From Opitutales bacterium (GTDB taxonomy: Bacteria; Verrucomicrobiota; Verrucomicrobiia; Opitutales; UBA9783), in NCBI GenBank assembly GCA_024407725.1, contig JAKSVZ010000008.1, forward strand, positions 5,264 through 37,263: DNA of 32,000 nt, read 5' to 3'. This document shows, in pieces, positions 1-9,501 of the stretch. Numbering within the stretch: position 1 is the first letter of the stretch; each line of letters starts with the position of its first letter. Position numbers and translations under genes: made by a program. The notes under the pieces were generated by a model that saw only the letters and a list, made by a program, of their open reading frames with translations, had not been told where the DNA came from and did no database searches.

Positions 1-1688
1 TAGGCAAAGATTTCGACCCTGAAATCCGGCTATCTGAAGCAAATTTTGGCGATTTCCAATCCAATGGTGTTTTGTCGTATTGTGGCAAAAAGAAATTGAA
101 TCCTCGAGCGACTGCTCAATCCTTATGCGAAAACTTTGCGCAACAGCATGCAAACGAATATACCATTGAATGCGCAGGCCCTGGTTTTTTAAACCTTACC
201 ATCAAGGATGGCGCGCTTATCCAATGGCTTTTGCAATTTCATACATCCGATGCTTATGATGGGCATTTTCGCTCCATTTTTTCAAACCAAACGGTTGTCA
301 TTGATTATTCATCGCCCAATACCGCCAAACGCATGCATGTGGGTCATTTAAGATCCATGGTTATTGGAGAAGCTCTACAGCGCTTTGTCCGTTTCAGCGG
401 AGGTAAGGTAATCCGTGACAATCACCTAGGGGATTGGGGTACTCAATTCGGTATCTTATTGATGGAAATTAAACGCACAGGCTATGTTTTTAACGAATCC
501 CCTACAGAAGCCATTGAGCACTTAGAGCATTTGTATCAAGTAGGAGTACAAGCTACAAAGGATGATCCTCAAGCGTTGGATGAAGCCCACAAAGAATTAT
601 TGAAATTGCAGCAAGGAGATACAGAAAACAAAACGTTATGGAAAAAAATTAACGATATCTCCTATCAGAGTTTTGATGCCATCTACCAGCGCATGGGCGT
701 TACCTTTGATTATGTGCTGGGGGAATCCTTTTACTGCGATAAAGTGGATGCAGTCTATCAGGCCTTGCAACAGCATAAATTAGCTGTGCTTGACCAAGGA
801 GCATTGGTGGTATTTCATTCGGAGCACCCACGTTTTTGCAAACAACCATTTATTATTCGTAAATCCGATGGAGCGTCGAATTATGCATCAACCGATTTGG
901 CTACTGCAAAGTATCGCACCGATCAAGTGAAAGCCGATGCGATTATTTACGTTACGGATGCACGCCAATGCGACCATTTTGAACAGTTGTTTTTGACCGT
1001 TAAAAAATGGTTTGCGTGCGAAAACAAATCGATTCCGGGGCTATATCACGCTTTCTTTGGGATGGTGTTGGACAACACTGGAAAAGCAATTAAGACGCGT
1101 GATGGCAAACCGATACAACTGCATACCTTATTAGACGAAGCTGTTACACGTGCGTACGATTTAATTTGTACCAAAAGCCCAGATTTATCCGAAGAAGAAA
1201 AGCGTCATGTAGCGGAGGTTATCGGATGCGGTTCGATCAAATACGCCGATTTATCCCAAGATCGTACCAGCAATTACCGTTTCGACTTCGACAAAATGAT
1301 TCGTTTTGAAGGTAATACTGCACCGTATTTATTGTACGCTGTTGCTCGTATCCATGCGATTTTCCGTAAATTAAATCTAGACGAAACCAACTGTACATTT
1401 TCACAGGTACCTAACCAGTTTTCGACCGAAACCGAGCGTAGTTTGGCTCACAAACTGATAGCATTTCCAACAGTATTATCAATGGCTATTCAGGAATTAA
1501 AACCCCATTATTTATGCCGATATCTGTTCGAGCTGGCTGGCTGTTTTTCCACATTCTATAAGGCGGATAAGGTAATTACCGATGATCAGGGCACCCAAAA
1601 CTTGCGGTTATTATTGTGCAAGGCCACCCTATCAACCCTAGAAAAGGGGCTGTATCTATTGGGATTAGAAACGGTTGCAAGGATGTAA
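1..1688 (+). CDS. argS: Arginyl-tRNA synthetase, 5'-truncated by the window edge
   Basis: The frame is open from nt 3; GKDFDPEIRLSEANFGDFQSNGVL precedes the TTG at 72 chosen by the ORF track. It has the class I HIGH motif as HVGHLRS and the ArgRS-typical GDWGTQFG. The C-terminal anticodon-binding domain ends ...GLETVARM, with stop at 1686-1688. Confidence 0.92.
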   Translation, partial: GKDFDPEIRLSEANFGDFQSNGVLSYCGKKKLNPRATAQSLCENFAQQHANEYTIECAGPGFLNLTIKDGALIQWLLQFHTSDAYDGHFRSIFSNQTVVIDYSSPNTAKRMHVGHLRSMVIGEALQRFVRFSGGKVIRDNHLGDWGTQFGILLMEIKRTGYVFNESPTEAIEHLEHLYQVGVQATKDDPQALDEAHKELLKLQQGDTENKTLWKKINDISYQSFDAIYQRMGVTFDYVLGESFYCDKVDAVYQALQQHKLAVLDQGALVVFHSEHPRFCKQPFIIRKSDGASNYASTDLATAKYRTDQVKADAIIYVTDARQCDHFEQLFLTVKKWFACENKSIPGLYHAFFGMVLDNTGKAIKTRDGKPIQLHTLLDEAVTRAYDLICTKSPDLSEEEKRHVAEVIGCGSIKYADLSQDRTSNYRFDFDKMIRFEGNTAPYLLYAVARIHAIFRKLNLDETNCTFSQVPNQFSTETERSLAHKLIAFPTVLSMAIQELKPHYLCRYLFELAGCFSTFYKADKVITDDQGTQNLRLLLCKATLSTLEKGLYLLGLETVARM

Positions 1689-1690
1689 GT

Positions 1691-1909
1691 ATGGAAGTTT
1701 ATCTACCTTTGCTTTTCAGCGTTATTATCCTTGGGTATCTCTTCTATGAAGCTAAAAACGAATGTCAGCATATAGAGCGCTATGAAGCGTTAAAGATAAA
1801 ACATTTGTTTTGTTGCCAATCCTGCAAGTGGGTTTACGCCTCGTATAAAGAAGATATCCATTGCGCATGCCCGCACTGTTCTACCGACAACACCTATTTA
1901 AAGTTTTAA
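1691..1909 (+). CDS. Small (72 aa) membrane-anchored zinc-ribbon-like protein, function unknown
   Basis: ATG at 1691 is preceded by AAGGA at 7-nt spacing, 2 nt after the argS stop. It has an N-terminal hydrophobic helix (LPLLFSVIILGYLFY) followed by CxxC (CQSC) and CxxC (CPHC). The ORF-track start at 1616 would overlap argS and is unlikely. Confidence 0.5.
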   Translation: MEVYLPLLFSVIILGYLFYEAKNECQHIERYEALKIKHLFCCQSCKWVYASYKEDIHCACPHCSTDNTYLKF

Positions 1910-1927
1910 CAAACCAATATAGTTTTT

Positions 1928-2896
1928 ATGGATTTTGGACCCATTGGAAAAAAAGTTTTACAAGAAGAAATCACCAGTCTGCAAGGCTTATATAACCGCT
2001 TTGATGGGGAAGCTTTTTCGAAAGTAGTTGAACTACTGGCCAATCACAAAGGTAAGGTGGTTTTTTCAGGTATCGGAAAATCCGGTTACATTGCGCGCAA
2101 ATTAAGCTCAACTTTCAATAGCACCGGAACCCGGTCGGTTTATTTGCATCCCTGTGAAGCACTACATGGCGACTTGGGTATCTATTCCAAGGGCGACCCT
2201 ACCATCATTCTCTCACGAAGCGGAACAACTCAGGAATTGCTGACCTTCGTTCAGGTTATCAAACCCTTTAATTCTCCTATTATTGCAATGGTCGGGAATT
2301 TATCCTCTCCATTAGCACGCCTCTCAGATTTTGTATTGGATGCATCTATTCAAAAGGAAGCAGATCCATTGGGCTTCGTACCAACCTCTAGCACAACCGT
2401 TGCGTTGGCTCTAGGAGATGCATTGGCGTCAGCACTCATGGTTGCGCATCAATTTACTCATGCGGATTTCTTGCAATTTCACCCAGGCGGACAATTGGGC
2501 AAGGTACTTGGACGCTGCGTTGGGGATTTGGCTCATCCAATCCAAGAAGTTGCATGCGTTAACCCACAACAATCGTTAAAAGAAGTGGTGGTCGAGCTCA
2601 CCCTAAAACCTTTAGGCGCTGCGTTTGTAATGGATGGGAAACAATTGTGTGGATTAATTACGGATGGTGATGTTCGACGAGCTATCCAATCAGGAAAAGC
2701 TTTAGAAAGCATTACTGCAGCCGATATGATGACACCCAATCCCATTAGTGCTTCCAAGGATTTAAACCTAGAAAAAGCGATTCAATTAATGGAAGACCGC
2801 CCGCACCAATTGAGCGTTTTGCTTGTTTTAAACCCAGACAAAACCTGCTATGGGCTGTTCCGTTTGCACGATGCTTATGGGCATGTTGGGAAATAA
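1928..2896 (+). CDS. kdsD: Arabinose-5-phosphate isomerase, KdsD/KpsF/GutQ family (SIS domain plus tandem CBS)
   Basis: SIS phosphosugar-binding loop GIGKSGYIARK. The C-terminal CBS pair includes ...GLITDGDVRRAI... and ...VLLVLNPDKTCYGLFRLHD. Length is 322 aa, typical of the family. Confidence 0.85.
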   Translation: MDFGPIGKKVLQEEITSLQGLYNRFDGEAFSKVVELLANHKGKVVFSGIGKSGYIARKLSSTFNSTGTRSVYLHPCEALHGDLGIYSKGDPTIILSRSGTTQELLTFVQVIKPFNSPIIAMVGNLSSPLARLSDFVLDASIQKEADPLGFVPTSSTTVALALGDALASALMVAHQFTHADFLQFHPGGQLGKVLGRCVGDLAHPIQEVACVNPQQSLKEVVVELTLKPLGAAFVMDGKQLCGLITDGDVRRAIQSGKALESITAADMMTPNPISASKDLNLEKAIQLMEDRPHQLSVLLVLNPDKTCYGLFRLHDAYGHVGK

Positions 2897-2916
2897 CAAA
2901 GTAGTTGGGTAATGGA

Positions 2917-3648
2917 TTAATCCCCTTGCTCAATTAAAACCACGTACTCGCCTTTAAGCGATAGAGTGCTTTCATCCAAATCCTTTAACGTACCGTAATA
3001 ACAGCTCTCATTGAGCTTCGTAAGCTCATGAGCAATCGCAATACGGGTATTGGGGTCAAAAAACTTCCGTAAGGTTGCAATAAGCTTTTGAATGCGATGC
3101 GGGGATTCATACAAAACAATCGTACCCCGAAACGCTTGATTTGCTTGAAACAACTTCGCTATCTTACCTTCTTTTGGCGGTAAAAAACCTAAAAACAAAA
3201 ATGCGTTGGTAGGAAGCCCTGCCATACTTAAAGCCGCAATAGCTGCATTAGGGCCAGGAATCGGCACCACACGCACCCCTTGTTCCTGACAGGCCTTCAT
3301 TAAACGATAGCCAGGATCACTAATGCTCGGAGTCCCAGCATCGCTTACCAACGCAACCGATTGCTGATTTTGTAGCTTCTGCAATAAATGCTGAGCACTT
3401 TGTATCTCTCCCGCATCCCGATAGGTAAACAACGGTTTTTTCGGTATATTGAGTAACGTTAACAGTTTTTGCGTCACTTGCGGAGTTTCACAAGCAATAC
3501 AATCGCAGGAAGATAAAATATTAAACGCACGCCAACTTAAATCACTCAAATTACCAATAGGCGTTCCAACCACATACAACACACCCCGTTGTGCTGTATT
3601 TTTACCAACCCCTTGAGTGCCTTGAAAAGGTACGGCTCTATCATCCAT
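2917..3648 (-). CDS. rsmI: 16S rRNA (cytidine1402-2'-O)-methyltransferase RsmI
   Basis: N-terminal LYVVGTPIGNLSDLSWRA...CDCIACE and VSDAGTPSISDPG motifs of the tetrapyrrole-methylase-fold RsmI family. Its start overlaps the upstream gene end by 8 nt. Confidence 0.85.
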   Translation of the reverse strand: MDDRAVPFQGTQGVGKNTAQRGVLYVVGTPIGNLSDLSWRAFNILSSCDCIACETPQVTQKLLTLLNIPKKPLFTYRDAGEIQSAQHLLQKLQNQQSVALVSDAGTPSISDPGYRLMKACQEQGVRVVPIPGPNAAIAALSMAGLPTNAFLFLGFLPPKEGKIAKLFQANQAFRGTIVLYESPHRIQKLIATLRKFFDPNTRIAIAHELTKLNESCYYGTLKDLDESTLSLKGEYVVLIEQGD

Positions 3649-4687
3649 TACGTAGAACCTGCTTAATGGTCTGCAAGGTTTTAGAGTTGTTTAAATACAG
3701 ATAGCGGATAGTAGCAGGTAATCGACGCAACCACGAAACGGTAAACCAATTATAGAGCTTCAAAACTTTTCGGAAATAACTAGTATCAAGATAAAATAAA
3801 AATTCTACAAATTGATGTAAGGTTTTAGGGTCTTGCATCCCGAACCAATCTAAGATCAGTTGCTTCTTTAAAGTTTCTGCTCGTTCTCCCGTTAACCCTA
3901 TGCTTTCGATAACCGCTCCTATCTCGCGTTGGGTTTCGGCAATCTCATCGGTGGTTAAAAGTTGGGTTATACGGTTGTTGTTATCCTGATTACGCCATAG
4001 GGTACAATCCATTTGTTTGTATTTGTAAACGGAAGGTAAAACCTTGGTTTTACCTAAAGTACTTGGATATAAGGTCAAAAAACAATCCAACTTATACTCA
4101 TGCGCTACCGATTCAGCATAAGCCGTTTGGCTTACCTGACGACGCATCACACTTGCCTCATTTTCATCATCACACCCTCGTAGACGTTCTTCAACGGAAT
4201 CTAATTCATAATCGGACCAATAATACCTTGGCTTATATAATGCATTAATTTTTCCGAAACACTGGTTATGGCGAGTAGTAAAAGGATGGATTTGACCCAT
4301 ACAAGCAATATATTCATGCTGCGAATCCTGATCTAAAAACGCTATGTATTGCAATAAGGCATCCATATCCAAGAAATCATCGTTATCGTAACGGATAACA
4401 TACGGAGTGGTGATTTTAGCCAGTGTATCAGCCATCCGCTTAAAAAACTCTAGCAAACCAGCTCCTGCTGGATAACGATGATATTCGTAATTTACATGAG
4501 AGAACCGATGCTTATTGGCTTCGATAATTTCTAAATTTTTATCATCAAAACTTCCATCAGTAATATATACCTTAAAGGGGCAACGTACAGCCTCAAGATA
4601 GAGCAAATGCCTTAAGGTCATTTCATGACGCCCATATAACGGCGTGATGATCGTTAATTTCTTCGCTAGTTCTATATCGTATGCCAT
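3641..4687 (-). CDS. Putative glycosyltransferase (GT-A/GT2-like N-terminal domain) with a long uncharacterised C-terminal half
   Basis: LTIITPLYGR beta-strand start, then ITDGS, then a DxD-like YDNDDF about 100 aa in. The start is assigned to the ATG at 4687 (MAYDIELAKK...); the ORF-track start at 4720 is also possible. It is divergent from the ABC operon. Confidence 0.5.
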   Translation of the reverse strand: MAYDIELAKKLTIITPLYGRHEMTLRHLLYLEAVRCPFKVYITDGSFDDKNLEIIEANKHRFSHVNYEYHRYPAGAGLLEFFKRMADTLAKITTPYVIRYDNDDFLDMDALLQYIAFLDQDSQHEYIACMGQIHPFTTRHNQCFGKINALYKPRYYWSDYELDSVEERLRGCDDENEASVMRRQVSQTAYAESVAHEYKLDCFLTLYPSTLGKTKVLPSVYKYKQMDCTLWRNQDNNNRITQLLTTDEIAETQREIGAVIESIGLTGERAETLKKQLILDWFGMQDPKTLHQFVEFLFYLDTSYFRKVLKLYNWFTVSWLRRLPATIRYLYLNNSKTLQTIKQVLRNG

Positions 4688-4784
4688 AAAATCAAAGACA
4701 ATCAGGTGGTTTAAATACAATACCTTACGGTCATGCTTTCAATATAATCTTGCGCCCACGTATAAAAAATTTTTAAAAAAGAAC

Positions 4785-5735
4785 GTGTCAGCAGAAGTAT
4801 CCATTGAACATTTAAGCAAGTTTTACGGAAAAAACAATGCTCTGTACAATCTTAATTTTAAAATAAGCCCTAATGAAATTGTTGGGGTATTAGGTCCTAA
4901 TGGCGCTGGGAAAAGCACTCTGTTTCGTATTTTATGTGGAATTATTCCTGCATCTGAAGGGAAAGTCTACATCAATCACCTACCGTTAACAACCCACAGG
5001 GATTCGTTAAAGTCCATTATTGGCTATATGCCGGAACATTACACCTTGCCGAATGCCATGCGAGTAGAAGAGTTTCTGCAAGCTCAAGCATGCTTAAAAC
5101 AAGTCAAAAATGTAAAGAAAACGGTACAGGAGGTAATGGAAATTTGTGATTTGCATCGGACAGCCACACAAAAATTAATTGGTACCCTATCGCACGGAAC
5201 CAAACAGCGGGTAGGTATTGCAGATGCTATTTTAAATGATCCGCAATTGGTGATTTTAGATGAGCCTTCGGTTGGGTTAGATCCTCAACAAGTTGAAAAT
5301 TTCCGCCTTATCATCCAACGAATCAGTAGCCGTTCAACCGTTATCATGGCGACGCATATTTTGCCGGAAATTGAATCGATTTGTAATCATTTGCTGATCG
5401 TGCATCAGGGGCAATTGATTGGAGATGGTACTTTCCCCTCTCTTTACGCAAAAGCGTTTCCCCATAAACGTTACCAACTAAAAATTGTGCACGCTATAGA
5501 TGCGATAAAAAGCGTACTGAATGCTTCACCATTCGGTATACAATGCGATTCAGTAGTTTTGCAAGAAGACGCAACAGAATGCACCTTTGAATACGCAAAC
5601 GCCGACTCACATTTTGAATCTGACTTTGTAGCTTGGCTATTAACCAATGGGTACAAAGTACAGCAATTTTCTGAGGCTTCCCCAAGCCTCAATCATTTAT
5701 TCTTTAAAATGACTCAATTTCCCTGGAAATCATGA
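4785..5735 (+). CDS. ABC transporter ATP-binding protein (GldA-like, ABC-2 subfamily) with a C-terminal accessory domain
   Basis: Walker A GPNGAGKST, signature LSHGTKQR, Walker B LVILDEPSVGLD, H-loop MATH. GTG at 4785 lies 5 aa before the conserved I.HLSKFYG strand. The ATG at 4644 would add about 47 non-homologous aa and overlap the divergent gene. A perfect TATAAT sits at 4743-4748. Confidence 0.85.
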   Translation: MSAEVSIEHLSKFYGKNNALYNLNFKISPNEIVGVLGPNGAGKSTLFRILCGIIPASEGKVYINHLPLTTHRDSLKSIIGYMPEHYTLPNAMRVEEFLQAQACLKQVKNVKKTVQEVMEICDLHRTATQKLIGTLSHGTKQRVGIADAILNDPQLVILDEPSVGLDPQQVENFRLIIQRISSRSTVIMATHILPEIESICNHLLIVHQGQLIGDGTFPSLYAKAFPHKRYQLKIVHAIDAIKSVLNASPFGIQCDSVVLQEDATECTFEYANADSHFESDFVAWLLTNGYKVQQFSEASPSLNHLFFKMTQFPWKS

Positions 5736-6466
5736 AAGCTTGTTGGATTTTATTTCTTCAAGAATGGCGCTTTCTCATACGGAAGCCCTATACTTATTTT
5801 ATCATCGCTTTCTTCTTTTTATTAAGCGGATACAAGTTTATTTCAGGTTTATGGATAACTCAAACGCATGTAACCTCACTAGCTTATATGCCGATGAGTA
5901 TTCAACATTTTTTGTATCTAACGGTATGGATTTTACCCTTATGGGCGGTATATCTATGGCACGGTTTCAACTCAACCAGCACCTTAGAACGCCTGTTTGC
6001 GACCAACATTAATGCATGTACGTTGATCTGCGGCAAATTTCTCTGTCTTTACAGTATTTATACGCTCCTGTGGATTGTATATATAGGTATTACCCTACTG
6101 TTTAAATATATCTTTTTAAGCACTTTGGAAATACCACGGATTGCCATCTTCGGATCTTTATTATTCATCTGTTTCAACAACTTCCTGTGGGTTGCCATCA
6201 TAACCTTCATCAACACCCTCTGCAACAAAATCAGCACAGCATTATTAACGAGCATTGGGTGTTTGTGGATCGCATTATTAGGGATTAAGTTCATGGGTGT
6301 TTTTCACTTTTTACCCTTTAAAGGAGAATTGTATTTCAATTTCAATCCCATCATCCTCAATGTTTGCAATGGGTTTATCGATTTACCTCCTATTCTGTTC
6401 TATACGCTCGTTGGGAGCATTATTTTAATTCTAAGCATTGTAACCATCAATCGTAAGGTCTCATGA
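5732..6466 (+). CDS. ABC-2 type permease (GldF-like)
   Basis: 244 aa and very hydrophobic, with about 6 predicted TM helices. ATGA start/stop overlap with the upstream ATPase gene. Confidence 0.7.
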   Translation: MKACWILFLQEWRFLIRKPYTYFIIAFFFLLSGYKFISGLWITQTHVTSLAYMPMSIQHFLYLTVWILPLWAVYLWHGFNSTSTLERLFATNINACTLICGKFLCLYSIYTLLWIVYIGITLLFKYIFLSTLEIPRIAIFGSLLFICFNNFLWVAIITFINTLCNKISTALLTSIGCLWIALLGIKFMGVFHFLPFKGELYFNFNPIILNVCNGFIDLPPILFYTLVGSIILILSIVTINRKVS

Positions 6467-7809
6467 AGCACGATTTAGATGATTTTAAAGTATTTAATCG
6501 GCAACGACGCATCCATACCCTAGCGCAAGTTGCATTACTTCTATTGTTAATTGTTGGGTGCTTAACCTTAATTCCCCACACTCAACAGGTTCACATTCGC
6601 TTCAACGTACAACAGCCATTAAGCCAAAAAACAAACACAGTTTTACATAACCTTCACGAACCCGTTGAGCTTTACTTATTTACCGATCTGACCCAACCAA
6701 CCGAAGCGTTTCGGGTCGCATTTCGTGCATTTGCAGCCCAATTAAAATCGGTTCTTAAAGAGCAGCTGTCTTGTAAAGTGTTGCACACACTATGGGATAA
6801 ACAAATCATCCGCCAGTTAAACGAACAATATCATTGCGCTACGGAAGCTGGAATCCTATTGATTATGCACCAACGAGCGCAATTCTTACCAATCAATACA
6901 TTTTACAAGCAAGGCTACCTTTTACCCCTAGCTCCTGTCATTCTTAACAGCATACAGACATTATTGACCCCCAAGCAAAAAGCGCTGTGGCTCGTAGGAC
7001 ACCAAGAAATCGATGGGCAATCGACGCATCCGTTAACCGGAGGATCCCTTGCTTATCAATTGCTGAAGCAAATGAATTACGAAATTCAGTTTGCAAGCAC
7101 CTGCGAGACCGGCATCCCCAACACCATCGATTTATTGCTCATTTTTGGTCCTCAACAAGCCCTATTACCTAACGAAATCACGGCCATTCAGCAATTTATT
7201 CAACGGCAAAAAAGTGTATGCATCTGCCTATCACCTGCGAATACCCTACAGGATTTATTAGCCATGTTCCATATCCGCTGCGAATCGTCTTTGTTAAACG
7301 AACAGCAAGTCGTTTTAGGGGCACATGAATTCGTCCGTCATCCCTTAACCCAACCGCTCATTGATGCTAAAAGTCGATTGTTATTTGGCACCACCCTACC
7401 GCTAAGCCCAACTGATGAGCGCCCACAACTACAGGCTTTGGTTTATCGACCGAACACGAACAAGCAATTGCCGAACGGTCAAACGCAGCCGCTTCAACGC
7501 ACTGTCATCGGTTATGGGTCGAATGAGGTAAGCTCCGCGGTAGCTCGCCAAGGGAAAGTAATTGTGCTCGGTTGTGCTGATTGGCTTAGCAACCAATACA
7601 TCAATTATTTAAGCAATGCTTTGTTTTTACAGCGCATTGGGCACTATTTTAGCAATACTCCACCGCTATCGATTCCAGAAGAACGCTCAAATGAAGTCAG
7701 TATTTCCCTCAATCCACAATTATTTCCTTATTACACCCTCTATTATCTCATAGCACCTTTAATAGCTTGCCTATTAGGGTTAACGATTTTCATAGTTAGG
7801 AAGCGATAA
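6463..7809 (+). CDS. GldG-like ABC-transporter auxiliary protein
   Basis: It has an N-terminal TM (LAQVALLLLLIVGCLTLI) and a C-terminal TM (LIAPLIACLLGLTIFIV). The central region has the GldG-type pattern DLLLIFGPQQALLPNEITAIQQFIQRQKSVCICL. ATGA overlap with the permease gene. Confidence 0.6.
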   Translation: MKHDLDDFKVFNRQRRIHTLAQVALLLLLIVGCLTLIPHTQQVHIRFNVQQPLSQKTNTVLHNLHEPVELYLFTDLTQPTEAFRVAFRAFAAQLKSVLKEQLSCKVLHTLWDKQIIRQLNEQYHCATEAGILLIMHQRAQFLPINTFYKQGYLLPLAPVILNSIQTLLTPKQKALWLVGHQEIDGQSTHPLTGGSLAYQLLKQMNYEIQFASTCETGIPNTIDLLLIFGPQQALLPNEITAIQQFIQRQKSVCICLSPANTLQDLLAMFHIRCESSLLNEQQVVLGAHEFVRHPLTQPLIDAKSRLLFGTTLPLSPTDERPQLQALVYRPNTNKQLPNGQTQPLQRTVIGYGSNEVSSAVARQGKVIVLGCADWLSNQYINYLSNALFLQRIGHYFSNTPPLSIPEERSNEVSISLNPQLFPYYTLYYLIAPLIACLLGLTIFIVRKR

Positions 7810-7810
7810 A

Positions 7811-9496
7811 ATGCATTTTGGACTTACCTACTTTTTAGTGTTTTTAAACAGCTTATGGATCGCAGTTGTACTGTATTTCCATTGGCATACGGAAACGACC
7901 GTTGCCGAAACGCACACAAAAGCATTTTTATTCAATGTGCACACTATTGAATTAACTAGCGCCGAGCAAGGGTCGAAAATTGTACTGCACAAAAGCCATT
8001 CTGGATGGCAATTAACACAGCCCTTTGCACACGAAGCAAACACGTTAACCGTCGATTTACTGCTGAAAAAGCTCCTAACAGAAGTTAAACCGCAACAAGA
8101 AAACATTAAGCTGACGGTAGACCAAAAAATGCGTTACGGCCTTGAATTTCCATCGTACACGATTCAATGCGCTGACGATCAACAAACGTATACCCTTCAA
8201 ATTGGAAACGATAACGGAAACGACCAACCGATTTACGCTAACGAATGGAATCGCTTAGCTTCCGTCCCCCAATCCTTAATAACCCTTCTTAAGGGGTCCC
8301 TAAAACAGTGGTGTACTCTCTTTTTAATTCCCCTATCGGATGTTACTTATCTCCAGCTGGTCACACCGCAACACACGCTGGTACTCAACAAGCAAAACCA
8401 ACAATGGAGTTCATCAACCTGTAACACCCCGATCGATTCCCTAGCCATACAAAAGCTATGCCAATCCATCCTTGAATTGGAATTTGAGCGCTTTTTAACC
8501 ACCAGCGAAATTCAAACCTATAACCCTGATTTTATCGAAAAATCCCGTTTATATACCCTTTCGATTTCAGATGGAGCCACAACCTTCAAATTACAGTTGC
8601 TGCCCATTCAAGGCACAACCGATCAGTATATTGTAAAGCTATCGGATAACACACCGTTAAAGTGGATACAAACCCCGTACATTGATGAATTGCTGCATGT
8701 GCAAGATCGGTATTTAGAACGTGCTTTTTGGCATACCGACCTATCAGATATCAAGTCTTTCTCCTGCACGTATCAAAATCGTACGCTTAAGGTAACTTCT
8801 ATCAACGGTCAACAGTACGAAGCAGCGCTATATGACCAACAAAATCATTTGGTCGTTACTCAGGAATTAAGCGCTACGGTCATTCAACCATTTTTCACAG
8901 AACTCAATACCGCTACGGTTGAACGCTATCTAACGGAAAAACAAAGTTTTAGCGATAGCAAATGCATAGCGTTAACCCTAAATCTCAAGGATCGCACAAA
9001 GCAAGCAATCACGTTTTGGGTAACGCCGAAGCAGGAGGTATACGCTCAACGTGCAAAGGATTCCTATAACTGTGTCTTAAACGGAATAGACCCCACTAAA
9101 TTATTAACCTTATTTACCTTAATAGACACAAACAAGTCGGTATGGACATGGGATTCCCAAGAACAGATTGTCAGCATCAACCTTTCATCGACCCTGCATC
9201 CTGAATTACAAACCGTTGATTGGGCCGATACCCCTCAGTCCTTTTTCACGACCCTACCTGCTGATCATTGGGTAGAAGCCTCTTCTACTCAGCTTTTCTT
9301 AAACAACTTGGTAATTTACACCCTGATTATTACCACACAAAATCCCCAAGGAATCACGAAAACGTACGAACTGCAGTTTATGGATCCCGGTTCAAAAGAT
9401 GAACCACTCATGGGGCACTATTTGAACAAGAACTTTGTATTTAACAAAGAGTGGCAGCGTTTCTTATCGAAGATTGTCCAAAAATCTAAGCAATAA
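7811..9496 (+). CDS. DUF4340-like membrane-anchored protein (usual partner of GldG-type systems)
   Basis: It has an N-terminal TM (LTYFLVFLNSLWIAVVLYF). The DUF4340-like pattern ...KSHSGWQLTQPFAHEANTLTVDLLLKKL is present. The start is 1 nt after the upstream stop. Confidence 0.5.
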   Translation: MHFGLTYFLVFLNSLWIAVVLYFHWHTETTVAETHTKAFLFNVHTIELTSAEQGSKIVLHKSHSGWQLTQPFAHEANTLTVDLLLKKLLTEVKPQQENIKLTVDQKMRYGLEFPSYTIQCADDQQTYTLQIGNDNGNDQPIYANEWNRLASVPQSLITLLKGSLKQWCTLFLIPLSDVTYLQLVTPQHTLVLNKQNQQWSSSTCNTPIDSLAIQKLCQSILELEFERFLTTSEIQTYNPDFIEKSRLYTLSISDGATTFKLQLLPIQGTTDQYIVKLSDNTPLKWIQTPYIDELLHVQDRYLERAFWHTDLSDIKSFSCTYQNRTLKVTSINGQQYEAALYDQQNHLVVTQELSATVIQPFFTELNTATVERYLTEKQSFSDSKCIALTLNLKDRTKQAITFWVTPKQEVYAQRAKDSYNCVLNGIDPTKLLTLFTLIDTNKSVWTWDSQEQIVSINLSSTLHPELQTVDWADTPQSFFTTLPADHWVEASSTQLFLNNLVIYTLIITTQNPQGITKTYELQFMDPGSKDEPLMGHYLNKNFVFNKEWQRFLSKIVQKSKQ

Positions 9497-9501
9497 GCGC
9501 T

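Noticed and set aside
4644-4784. Long N-terminal extensions implied by ORF-track starts: ABC ATPase at 4644, aspS at 15541 and the small ORF at 1616.
   Set aside because: The extensions are not collinear with the respective protein families, and they overlap neighbouring genes or divergent promoter regions. Downstream starts at 4785, 15619 and 1691 fit family N-termini better.
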